Source of the DNA: Candidatus Yanofskybacteria bacterium
GTDB lineage: Bacteria; Patescibacteriota; Minisyncoccia; 2-02-FULL-40-12; IGHO2-12-FULL-4
Length of the DNA stretch: 64,000 bases
Assembly: GCA_016185525.1 (NCBI GenBank)
Contig: JACPNK010000002.1
Span: forward strand, 75,616 to 139,615
Reading direction: 5' to 3'
The stretch's first letter is position 1, and each line of letters opens with the position of its first letter. The position numbers and the translations under genes were made by a program. Shown here piece after piece: positions 26,594-35,033 of the stretch. Under the pieces are notes generated by a model. That model saw only the letters and a list, made by a program, of their open reading frames with translations. It did not search any database and had not been told where the DNA came from.

Positions 26594-27754
26594 ATGTCTA
26601 ACATAATTCTTCTTGGCCTAACTTCTCTTTTTGCCGATTTTTCTTCGGAAATTATTATTCCTTTACTGCCGCTGTTTATAAATTCTCTGGGCGGCGCCGG
26701 TTTGGCGATAGGTTTGATTTCCGGAGTCGGCGATGCCGTAGCCGCAATTTTAAAAGTAACTTCCGGACGCTGGGCGGACAAAACTAAAACTTACAAAAAA
26801 TTTGTCATTTGGGGCTATGGTTTTTCTTCTTTAGCCAAATTTGTTTTTCCTCTGGCGGCGAGCTGGCAGCACGTTTTAGGAGCGAGAGCCGTGGAAAGAA
26901 TCGGTAAAGGCTTCCGCGACGCTCCAAGAGACGCCATTGTTTCCGAATCCTTGCCTCAAGAGAAAAGAGGCAGCGGTTTCGGTCTTCAGCGGGCGATGGA
27001 CAGTTTGGGAGCCATTCTCGGTTCTTTGACCGTTTTGTTTTTGGTTTGGAAATTTGACTTGAGTTTTAAACTGATTTTTCTTCTGGCGGCTTTTATCGGC
27101 TTGCTGTCGGTGGTTCCCGTCTTTTTCGTGAAAGAACCGAAAACTTTAAAAAGCCGCCAGCTTAAAAACCACCATAGTTTTTTTAAAATCAAACTCCCCA
27201 AAACTCTCAAGAGGTTTGTGATTATTTCAACTATTTTTTCTCTGGGAAATTTCAGTTTTATGTTCTTAATCTTGAGAACGCAGAACTTTTTGGGCAGTTC
27301 CAACTTTAAGGCCGGCTTAATCCTGACGCTCCTGCTTTATATATTTTTTAACATTTTTGATACTGTTTTTTCCCAGCCAGCGGGCAAACTGTCAGACAAA
27401 ATAGGCCGGAAAAAAGTTATTCTTGGCGCTTACATTTTTCTGTCTTTAACTTTTGCCGGTTTCCTTCTGGCAAAGTCTTTTTGGGTTTTTCTTTTTCTCT
27501 TTCCGATTTACGGCTTATTCAAAGCTTGCATAGACGCTTCTCAAAAATCTTTTGTTTCAGACCTGTCGCCAACTGAAATACGGGCAACGGCCCTAGGGCT
27601 GTTTGAGGCTTCCACTGGCTTGGCTTTAATCCCCGGAGGCATAATTGCCGGTTTGCTTTGGAACGCCAACCCGAATTTTCTTTTCGCTTACGGTTTGACA
27701 ATAAGCCTTTTGTCTTTCTTTTTACTCAAAAATATGGTAAAAATTAAGGTTTAG
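26594..27754 (+). CDS. MFS transporter
   Basis: 12 TM, GRWADK motif. Confidence 0.7.
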   Translation: MSNIILLGLTSLFADFSSEIIIPLLPLFINSLGGAGLAIGLISGVGDAVAAILKVTSGRWADKTKTYKKFVIWGYGFSSLAKFVFPLAASWQHVLGARAVERIGKGFRDAPRDAIVSESLPQEKRGSGFGLQRAMDSLGAILGSLTVLFLVWKFDLSFKLIFLLAAFIGLLSVVPVFFVKEPKTLKSRQLKNHHSFFKIKLPKTLKRFVIISTIFSLGNFSFMFLILRTQNFLGSSNFKAGLILTLLLYIFFNIFDTVFSQPAGKLSDKIGRKKVILGAYIFLSLTFAGFLLAKSFWVFLFLFPIYGLFKACIDASQKSFVSDLSPTEIRATALGLFEASTGLALIPGGIIAGLLWNANPNFLFAYGLTISLLSFFLLKNMVKIKV

Positions 27755-27756
27755 TT

Positions 27757-27827
27757 TGCCGGGTGGTGAAGCGGTATCACGCCTGCCTTTGAAGCAGGAA
27801 TCCTAGGTCCGACCCCTAGCCCGGCAG
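27757..27827 (+). tRNA. tRNA-Gln (anticodon UUG)
   Basis: Cloverleaf: acceptor UGCCGGG/CCCGGCA (U1:A72, G73 as in bacterial tRNA-Gln), D-stem GUGA/UCAC with GG in loop, anticodon stem CCUGC/GCAGG loop CUUUGAA, T-stem CUAGG/CCUAG; no encoded CCA. Confidence 0.8.
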
Positions 27828-27829
27828 CA

Positions 27830-28582
27830 ATGAAATTCCCAAAAGATTTTATAAATAAGATTGTCTGCGGTGATGTTTTAGATGTGATGAGGCAGATCCC
27901 GGACGGCTCTATTGATTTAGTAATTACTTCACCGCCGTATAATCTCAAGAACTCTACCGGCAATGGCATGAAAGACGGGCGCGGCGGTAAATGGGCGAAC
28001 GCCGCATTACAAAAAGGTTATTCTCATCATAACGATAATATGCCTCACGAAGAATATGTTAAGTGGCAAAAGGATTGTCTTACAGAAATGATGCGGATTA
28101 TTCCGGACCACGGCGCAATCTTTTATAACCACAAGAGACGCGTTCAGGACGGCATATTACAGGATCGCCAAGATATAGTGAGTGGTTTTCCGGTACGCCA
28201 AATTATAATTTGGAAGCGTAAGGGTGGGTTCAACTTTAATCCCGGTTATTTTCTTCCCATTCACGAAGTTATTTATCTTATCGCAAAGCCAAAGTTTCAA
28301 CTTGTCCCTAAAGCCAATGCCCATGGTGATGTCTGGGAATTTACGCAAGAAATGAAAAATAAACATCCGGCTGCTTTTCCGGTTGATTTAATTGACCGGA
28401 TTGTTTCATCTACTAATGCCCAAACTATTTTAGACCCCTTCATTGGCTCCGGTACTACGGCAATCTCCGCTATCAATTATAAAAGAAATTATATTGGGAT
28501 TGAGATTTCTCCCGAATACTGTAAAATGGCACAACAAAGGATTAAAGGCCATAAATCTCAAGACCCCTTTTTATTACAATGA
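27830..28582 (+). CDS. DNA methyltransferase, beta-class N4-cytosine/N6-adenine (N6_N4_Mtase family)
   Basis: Motif IV SPPY (LVITSPPYN) near N-terminus and motif I DPFIGSGTT near C-terminus; starts 3 nt after tRNA. Confidence 0.9.
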   Translation: MKFPKDFINKIVCGDVLDVMRQIPDGSIDLVITSPPYNLKNSTGNGMKDGRGGKWANAALQKGYSHHNDNMPHEEYVKWQKDCLTEMMRIIPDHGAIFYNHKRRVQDGILQDRQDIVSGFPVRQIIIWKRKGGFNFNPGYFLPIHEVIYLIAKPKFQLVPKANAHGDVWEFTQEMKNKHPAAFPVDLIDRIVSSTNAQTILDPFIGSGTTAISAINYKRNYIGIEISPEYCKMAQQRIKGHKSQDPFLLQ

Positions 28583-29376
28583 AAAAAGAACCAGTTATTT
28601 ATACAAAACCGGCGCTTATAAAAAAGCTCAAAGAAATTGCCGCTCTGGGTTGGATTAAGAATGCTCGTCATGGCAATCAGGGCGGTGTTGGAAATACTTT
28701 AGAAGATTTGCTTGGTATAGAGGAAAACAATTTACCGATTCCCAACGCGGCCGAATGGGAGCTAAAGACACAAAGATTAAATTCCGGCTCTTTGTGTACT
28801 CTTTTTCATATGGAGCCATCGCCAAGGGCTATTGGATTTGTTCCAAAAGTCCTTTTGCCTAAATATGGCTGGGCTCATCAGGAGGACGGTAAAAAATATG
28901 CTAAAGGAGAGCTAAGTTTCCGATTGACTATCCACGGTCTTTCTAGGAGCGATCGCGGATTCATGGTTAAGATAGACCGGGCGGAAAAAAGGGTATTAAT
29001 CTCCTTTAATTCTAAAAGTGTAGATGTGCGGCACAAGAAATGGCTTAAATCAGTTGAGAAGCGTATAGGGTTAGGCGAATTAAACCCGCAACCCTATTGG
29101 GGGTTTGACGATTTAGAGCATAAAGCCGGCACTAAACTACTAAATGCTTTTTATGTTCAGGCCGAAGTTAAAAAGATACGAGGCAAAGAATATTACAAAT
29201 ATAGTAAGGTTATGATGTTGCAGAAGTTTAGTTTTGAGGGATTTTTGAGGGCCATCGAGGAAGCGCGAATTCTTGTAGATTTTGATGCCCGCACCGGCCA
29301 TAATCACGGGACGAAATTTAGGGTAAGGGAAGATAGTTTGCCGATGTTATATCAGAAAATAACTACCATATTATGA
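28579..29376 (+). CDS. Type II restriction endonuclease, MvaI/BcnI family
   Basis: Collinear pattern matches with BcnI/MvaI as recalled (GGVGNTLEDLLGIEENN..AEWELKT..SLCTLFHMEP; C-terminal GHNHGTKFRV..LPMLYQKI); ATGA overlap with MTase. Confidence 0.7.
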   Translation: MKKEPVIYTKPALIKKLKEIAALGWIKNARHGNQGGVGNTLEDLLGIEENNLPIPNAAEWELKTQRLNSGSLCTLFHMEPSPRAIGFVPKVLLPKYGWAHQEDGKKYAKGELSFRLTIHGLSRSDRGFMVKIDRAEKRVLISFNSKSVDVRHKKWLKSVEKRIGLGELNPQPYWGFDDLEHKAGTKLLNAFYVQAEVKKIRGKEYYKYSKVMMLQKFSFEGFLRAIEEARILVDFDARTGHNHGTKFRVREDSLPMLYQKITTIL

Positions 29377-30104
29377 AAAACATAAAAGAATCCAAACCCT
29401 GGAAAGTTGGTAAAAAGGTGAACGACTTCTTACTTCACTGGATTGGTTTTGATTTAATCATCTTCTTCATTTTGGTTGTATTGAGTGCTATCTTTATTTA
29501 TTTTGATCCTCGGTCTGATTTTAATAAACTCGCCGTTTCTTTAATTCTTTTGACAACGGCATTATCACTTATTCAATATACCAAAGAGACACACAGGCTT
29601 AGGCTTTCAAATAAATGGCTCCTCGATAGCAACGATAAATCAAACAGTATAGCAGTAAGGCCGATACTTGCACCACGTTTTTTAGAGACAAATTACGGTA
29701 CTTCTAATTATATTTCGATTAATCTAAAGAATGTAGGAGGAGGGGTTGCGAAGAATATCCACTGGAGTATTAAATCAAATAAAGATTCAGATGTTCTGGC
29801 CGATAAAGATTTGTTTTGGAGGGATTTGAACAAAGACTTATTACCTAAACTTTGGCCTAACTTTGGGTATAGACTAACAATGTTCAAGAAAATGAATTAT
29901 GACAATCTGTGGAAATCCATTCTTGTCGTTAAGTATGATTGGGAATTTGGGAACAACGAAACTGAAACTTTTCCGTTAGACCTAGATTATTACACATCCT
30001 CTGACTTATCCGGAAATGTCTTGGAAATGTTGGACGATGTCTGGGTTCATGGAAAAATTAGAGAAATTGCAATTCAGCGCATTGAATCACAGTCAAAGGA
30101 ATAA
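29373..30104 (+). CDS. hypothetical protein with two N-terminal TM helices (243 aa), translationally coupled to REase
   Basis: ATGA overlap with REase stop; no recognisable domain. Confidence 0.55.
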   Translation: MKNIKESKPWKVGKKVNDFLLHWIGFDLIIFFILVVLSAIFIYFDPRSDFNKLAVSLILLTTALSLIQYTKETHRLRLSNKWLLDSNDKSNSIAVRPILAPRFLETNYGTSNYISINLKNVGGGVAKNIHWSIKSNKDSDVLADKDLFWRDLNKDLLPKLWPNFGYRLTMFKKMNYDNLWKSILVVKYDWEFGNNETETFPLDLDYYTSSDLSGNVLEMLDDVWVHGKIREIAIQRIESQSKE

Positions 30105-30127
30105 GGTAAGTTTATCTTTTATAAGAC

Positions 30128-30358
30128 ATGTATATATTTAAATTTGTCTATTCTAATCTAGGTCTTATCCTAAACACACTAGGTAGTATTTTAGTAGTTG
30201 TATCTATTGGTAAATTTCCAGATGGTTTTGGTGGATCAACGACAAGTAATAAAGGTAGAGAATATCACTTTGCCTATGTAACTAGACCAACGGGTTTGAG
30301 AGCAGGTCTCTTGTTAATAATTCTAGGGTTTATCCTACAGATATTAGAGAAATATTAA
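30128..30358 (+). CDS. small 2-TM membrane protein (76 aa)
   Basis: Two hydrophobic helices; 23 nt after previous gene. Confidence 0.4.
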   Translation: MYIFKFVYSNLGLILNTLGSILVVVSIGKFPDGFGGSTTSNKGREYHFAYVTRPTGLRAGLLLIILGFILQILEKY

Positions 30359-30461
30359 TGTTGTATTAAATAGTTTCTAATGTCAGTCAGTGCCCGGCAG
30401 CCATCCTTCGCCAAGGCTTCGGAATGGCTTTGGCAAAACTTATGAAAGCTACGAACGAGCT

Positions 30462-30566
30462 GACCACGACGGGTCAAGAATGAATACGCCACCCGGGTGG
30501 CGTATTGAGGAGAACGGTATTTGCATTGCCCTTCCGAAATCCGCCAAATGGCAGAAGAAGGAGGGA
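30462..30566 (+). repeat. GC-rich repeat copy A (85-nt identical core 30482-30566 with perfect 24-bp palindrome AATACGCCACCCGGGTGGCGTATT); candidate structured RNA/mobile element
   Basis: Identical to 32836-32920; degenerate similarity extends upstream to ~30400. Confidence 0.85.
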
Positions 30567-30632
30567 CACCTTTTCCGGACCAAAGGTCGAAGTCAGATTT
30601 ACGCAGGGTGTTTTAATTGATATACTAGGTCT

Positions 30633-30833
30633 ATGCAAAAAATAGCTACAAAAATTTTCGTCTGGGCGTCCGTCGCTTTCGCCATCATCGGAATGCTGAT
30701 GGTTTTAACCACCTCTCCCACAAGTAACGGTCCGAACGTTATTTTGTTAAAATTTCTGTTCGCGGCTATTATCGTTATTTTGACCTCATTTGCCTTAAGC
30801 ATTGCCGGCAAGTATCTAAACGGTAAGTTTTAG
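30633..30833 (+). CDS. small membrane protein (66 aa)
   Basis: Two TM helices; weak. Confidence 0.3.
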   Translation: MQKIATKIFVWASVAFAIIGMLMVLTTSPTSNGPNVILLKFLFAAIIVILTSFALSIAGKYLNGKF

Positions 30834-30971
30834 TTCTAATGTGGCCAAGGAAATTAAATTTGTATAATAAGTTATGCGCATAAACAAATTTTACAAACTA
30901 GTTATTTCAGTTGCGTTGGTCACCGGCGAGAGGCGCGGCATATTTTTCATAGAACAATATGTAAGAATATC

Positions 30972-31598
30972 ATGATAAAAGCATTGATTTTTGATGTTGG
31001 AGGCGTCTTATTTTTAGCTAAAAGCAGAAAAGAAAAAAACCTTTTGTCTTCGTTTAATGAAGCGTGTTTATTGCTGGAGAATTTTGGGATAGATGTGACA
31101 AGCTCTAAAGAAAAACTTACTGGTATTTATAAGAAATCTTCTGGGGGCGATATAACTAGAGAAGAAACACTAGCTCTTATGTCCACAGAGCTGGGAGTAA
31201 CGCAAACGCAGCTAGAAGAATATTTTAGAAGAGTTTATTCAGATAACTCAATAGAGAACAAAGAACTCTATGGCCATATATTAAAATTTAAAAAAGATGG
31301 ACTTAAGATTGGAATTTTATCTACTCAGTTTCATCTATCCAAAGATGTTTTGGTTCCAGCCAAATACTACGAAAACTTTGATGCTTTGGTAATATCATGT
31401 GACGATAAATTGAAAAAACCCGAAGAGAAATCTTTTATATTAATACTCCGGAGGTTGGGCGTAAAACCAGAAGAGACTATTTTTATAGACGATAAGCAAG
31501 AAAATTTGGATATCGCTGAAAAATTAGGAATGAAATCCGTCCTATTTAAAAACAACAAGCAATTTTTCTCTAAGCTAAAAAAGTTTGATATTGAATAA
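30972..31598 (+). CDS. HAD-superfamily hydrolase (subfamily IA-like)
   Basis: Motif I IFDVGGVLF, motif IV IFIDDKQENLD. Confidence 0.8.
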   Translation: MIKALIFDVGGVLFLAKSRKEKNLLSSFNEACLLLENFGIDVTSSKEKLTGIYKKSSGGDITREETLALMSTELGVTQTQLEEYFRRVYSDNSIENKELYGHILKFKKDGLKIGILSTQFHLSKDVLVPAKYYENFDALVISCDDKLKKPEEKSFILILRRLGVKPEETIFIDDKQENLDIAEKLGMKSVLFKNNKQFFSKLKKFDIE

Positions 31599-31642
31599 TT
31601 AGGAAAGAAAAGGCACAGTGTAAAATATGATAATTTGCGCTT

Positions 31643-32056
31643 ATGGTGCATAGTTTAAGTTATTTAATGGAAGCAGAAAAAATCCAAGATGGCGACTTGG
31701 AGGGTTTAGGTATTGAAATTAAAGATAGAACAGCTGACGGCGATCGTATGCTTGTTATACCCGATGACCGGTTGCCCCAATACATTGAACTTGTAAAGGA
31801 TAAACTAACCAATGGCTTTTGGAACGAAATAGTGGGCGAAAAGGACATAATTTTCATTTTCAAGTTTCAAGATGGGCATATTGAAGAATATAAGCTGTCT
31901 CCAGAAAACGAGAGGGAAATAGATAAGCTGTGCGCCGAGTTTAATAATGAACCACCAGATAAAACGACAAATGTTTATAAATACATATCAGATAATAAGT
32001 TTTATCACGATTTTATGATGGAGCATTACAAAGATATGATTGAGAGAAAGCTATGA
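31643..32056 (+). CDS. hypothetical protein (start possibly 31667)
   Basis: ATGA overlap with downstream kinase gene. Confidence 0.45.
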   Translation: MVHSLSYLMEAEKIQDGDLEGLGIEIKDRTADGDRMLVIPDDRLPQYIELVKDKLTNGFWNEIVGEKDIIFIFKFQDGHIEEYKLSPENEREIDKLCAEFNNEPPDKTTNVYKYISDNKFYHDFMMEHYKDMIERKL

Positions 32057-32643
32057 AGACCATTTTTATAGGCATTGTTGGTCCATCTGGTTCTGGCAAG
32101 ACAACTCTTTGCAAAAAGCTGAAGTTGTCTAACAAAAATCACGAACACATAAGATTAGATAACTATTTTAAGAACCCTCAGACTTTTCCACTAAAGAACG
32201 GCTTCCGAAACTGGGAAAAACCATCTAACCTTAAATTTGATGTTTTATTGAAGCATTTGAAAGCATTACAAAACGGCAAAGAAGTTCATACAAAATCGTT
32301 TCCCAAGAGAGCAGGAGCTAAACCAACTCCAATAACACTAAAACCTAAACCGATTATCCTTATTGAGGGCTTTATGCTTTTTAAGGACAAGAGGGTGCGA
32401 GATATGCTTGATGTTAAGATTTACCTGGAAATACATCCCGAACTGATGCTTAAACGCCGAGCTATTAGATTCGGAGAAGCTCATATAACCGACTATGATA
32501 CTAAAGTTGCCATTCCAGAATTTTTGAAACACGGCACTACCCAAAAGAAATATGCCGATTATGTGGTTGATGCCACAAGGTCACAACCCCAAGTAATTAA
32601 AGAGGTTCAAAAAATAATTAACCAAAACCTTACCAACTTCTAA
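32053..32643 (+). CDS. uridine kinase/phosphoribulokinase-family P-loop nucleoside kinase
   Basis: IGIVGPSGSGKTT Walker A, RLDNYF, ILIEGFMLF; 196 aa. Confidence 0.7.
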   Translation: MKTIFIGIVGPSGSGKTTLCKKLKLSNKNHEHIRLDNYFKNPQTFPLKNGFRNWEKPSNLKFDVLLKHLKALQNGKEVHTKSFPKRAGAKPTPITLKPKPIILIEGFMLFKDKRVRDMLDVKIYLEIHPELMLKRRAIRFGEAHITDYDTKVAIPEFLKHGTTQKKYADYVVDATRSQPQVIKEVQKIINQNLTNF

Positions 32644-32815
32644 CAAATCCAAACGGCAGGTACAATTCTATACCTGCCAGTCGGGCACCGAATGGTACCC
32701 GATGATGAAGGGCCGGTTATGCCCATAATTGAGGTTCTAATATCGTCCAAGAAACGCAGCAGTCCCGTGACAGGCTTTGCCCGTCCATAGCCCCTTGACG
32801 AAGGAGGGTTCTTGC

Positions 32816-32920
32816 GACCACGACCTGTCAAAAACGAATACGCCACCCGGGTGGCGTATTGAGGAGAACGGTATTTGCATTGCCCTTCCGAAATCCGCCA
32901 AATGGCAGAAGAAGGAGGGA
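32816..32920 (+). repeat. GC-rich repeat copy B (85-nt core 32836-32920 identical to copy A)
   Basis: Direct repeat 2354 bp downstream of copy A; tails diverge but both contain ttttccggacc. Confidence 0.85.
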
Positions 32921-33117
32921 TGTTTTTCAATTCAACGATGGGGGATGGGGGCAACCGGCCCAGCAACAAGAACGGCGTTTTCCGGACCGTAGCATAAAGC
33001 GGGCCTGTGGATAATCGTTGACTTTAATTGTTTAGGTATGATAGTATATGAGTGTGCTTGTGGGCGAAAGCCCCGTTCAGCTAAGGAACACCTAAGCTGA
33101 AGGCAGGCACAACAAAA

Positions 33118-33140
33118 ACACCGCTTTAAGCGGTATTTTT
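33118..33140 (-). terminator. bidirectional hairpin caccgcttta-agcggt with flanking A/T runs
   Basis: On minus strand hairpin followed by UUUUUGUUGUG directly after stop of 33142..33603. Confidence 0.55.
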
Positions 33141-33141
33141 G

Positions 33142-33603
33142 TTACTCATCTTCAATTCCTTCAGTAAAAAGCTTCTGGCCATTTTTAAGCTTAGAGTATG
33201 GCATTACACTCCAAAATATAATATTGCCATCACCAACCCTTCTCAATACTGTTCTTATCTTAATTTGATTTTCTCCGACTATAGCCACAAATCCCCAGTA
33301 GGCAATGTTCTTTGTTTTTGAAAAACCGTCCCTTCCCTTCTTTCCAATTTCTACTAAACCTCTCCTAAACTCCTGCAATGTTCCGGCGTTTTTAATAATC
33401 TGAATAGCCAACGGTAATAAACTAAATTTCAGTAGCTGTTCCTTTTTGTCTCTTTCTCTTCGTGCTGAGAACTGGAGATGGTGAAATCCATCAGAATTGA
33501 AGATAACCTGACTTTTAAGATAAGGATTGGAAATGCTCTTTTGCTTGTTATATATTGTTCTTGCCTTTTCTTTTCGTTGATTGAAATATTCAACATCATC
33601 CAT
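33142..33603 (-). CDS. hypothetical protein (153 aa)
   Basis: ORF only; lone minus-strand gene at edge of accessory segment. Confidence 0.45.
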   Translation of the reverse strand: MDDVEYFNQRKEKARTIYNKQKSISNPYLKSQVIFNSDGFHHLQFSARRERDKKEQLLKFSLLPLAIQIIKNAGTLQEFRRGLVEIGKKGRDGFSKTKNIAYWGFVAIVGENQIKIRTVLRRVGDGNIIFWSVMPYSKLKNGQKLFTEGIEDE

Positions 33604-33730
33604 ATCTAAGGATATTAGCTTATTTTATCTAAAACACAACCAATCGTACCACTAAAGAAAGAATATTCTTGACTTGAAAAAGAAGGTTTTTGGTTTCGGC
33701 TTAATTTTTGTTAGAATAGACGCGTCCCAC

Positions 33731-35029
33731 ATGAATGAAAACAAAAACTACTGGTGGAAAGATGCCATAATCTACGAAGTTTATGTAGATAAATTTGCGG
33801 ATAATTTCAGGGGGCTGACTGAAAAATTAAATTATCTGTCGGATTTGGGTATTAACTGCATCTGGCTTTTGCCGCATTTTCCGTCGCCGATGGTAGACGA
33901 CGGATATGATGTTTCCGATTATTATAATGTAAGAAACAGCCTTGGAAGTCTTGATGATTTTGAGGTTTTTATAAAAGCGGCGCATGCCAGGGGAATAAGA
34001 GTTATAATTGACTTAGTCTTGAATCATTTTTCAACAGAGCATCCTTGGTTTAAGGAAGCAAGGCATTCCGTTGATAACTCTAAAAGAAATTACTTTATCT
34101 GGAGTAAAAACGCAGAAGGACTTCGCGGTTCTTTTAATCCTTTCTTCCACTTGACACCGGGCAATTGGATATATAATCCCAAGACGGACGACTATTATTA
34201 CGCTTCATTTTTTGCGGAGCAGGCGGATTTGAATTGGGATAACCCGGATGTTTTTGGGGAGGTTATAAAAATTATAAATTTTTGGGCCGGACTTGGCGTT
34301 GACGGTTTCCGTCTTGATGCTGTAGCTCACCTGATCAAAAGGGAAGGAACGTTTTCCCTGCACCAACCAAGGGTTCATGACATTCTGAAAGATATTAGAA
34401 AATACATGGATAACAACTATCCGGGCGTGATTATGCTGGCTGAAGCCGGCGGGAAGATTGAACAAATCATACAATATTTCGGCAAGGGCGATGAGTGCCA
34501 CATGGCTTTTAACTTTCCACTGATGTCTAATATTTATTTGGCCGTTAAGAGGAATGACACAAAACTTCTCGAGGGACTTGTGAAGAATTCTTCAGGTATT
34601 CCAGACAACTGTCAATGGGCTACTTTTGTAAGCAACCACGACGAAATTACTCTGGCTTCACTGGAAGAAACGATACGAGATGAAGTCACCGCTTGGCTTG
34701 ATCCGAAGGGAGAATTTTCGTTCAGAGGCGGGCGGGGCGTTTCTATGCGTTTGGCTTCGATTTTTAAGAACAATCCTGATTTGATTGTTTTTATTTTGAG
34801 CTTGTTATTCAGTCTGCCCGGCGCGCCGGTAATTTATTACGGTTCGGAGATAGGTATGAAAAATCTTGCGCTGGAGAATGAGTTTGTTGACAGCCGCCGT
34901 TATGTAAGAGGACAATTTGACTGGCTTCAGGCTGAAGAACAGATGCGCGACTCTAATTCGTTGTTAAACAAAGTTAAAGAGATTATTCGACAACGCAAAG
35001 AGAGACAAACCGGAGTGAAAAGTTCTTAA
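33731..35029 (+). CDS. alpha-amylase family (GH13) enzyme, trehalose-synthase-like catalytic domain
   Basis: WWKDAIIYEVYVDKF, LGINCIWLLPHFPSPMVDDGYDVSDY, GFRLDAVAHL, GH13 regions; ATG 33731 preferred. Confidence 0.85.
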   Translation: MNENKNYWWKDAIIYEVYVDKFADNFRGLTEKLNYLSDLGINCIWLLPHFPSPMVDDGYDVSDYYNVRNSLGSLDDFEVFIKAAHARGIRVIIDLVLNHFSTEHPWFKEARHSVDNSKRNYFIWSKNAEGLRGSFNPFFHLTPGNWIYNPKTDDYYYASFFAEQADLNWDNPDVFGEVIKIINFWAGLGVDGFRLDAVAHLIKREGTFSLHQPRVHDILKDIRKYMDNNYPGVIMLAEAGGKIEQIIQYFGKGDECHMAFNFPLMSNIYLAVKRNDTKLLEGLVKNSSGIPDNCQWATFVSNHDEITLASLEETIRDEVTAWLDPKGEFSFRGGRGVSMRLASIFKNNPDLIVFILSLLFSLPGAPVIYYGSEIGMKNLALENEFVDSRRYVRGQFDWLQAEEQMRDSNSLLNKVKEIIRQRKERQTGVKSS

Positions 35030-35033
35030 ACTA

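Noticed and set aside
30390-30620. 76-aa ORF (and its counterpart 32777..32992) sharing the peptide NTPPGWRIEENGICIALPKSAKWQKKEG
   Set aside because: These ORFs lie wholly inside the GC-rich repeat. Differences between the copies are non-synonymous and show no codon-position pattern, and there is no RBS. Conservation is therefore at the nucleotide level (RNA or DNA element), not protein-coding.
27757-33140. Integrated element with tRNA-derived att direct repeat
   Set aside because: The GC-rich repeats do not match the tRNA-Gln 3' end, and no integrase or recombinase gene is present. Island status remains only an inference.
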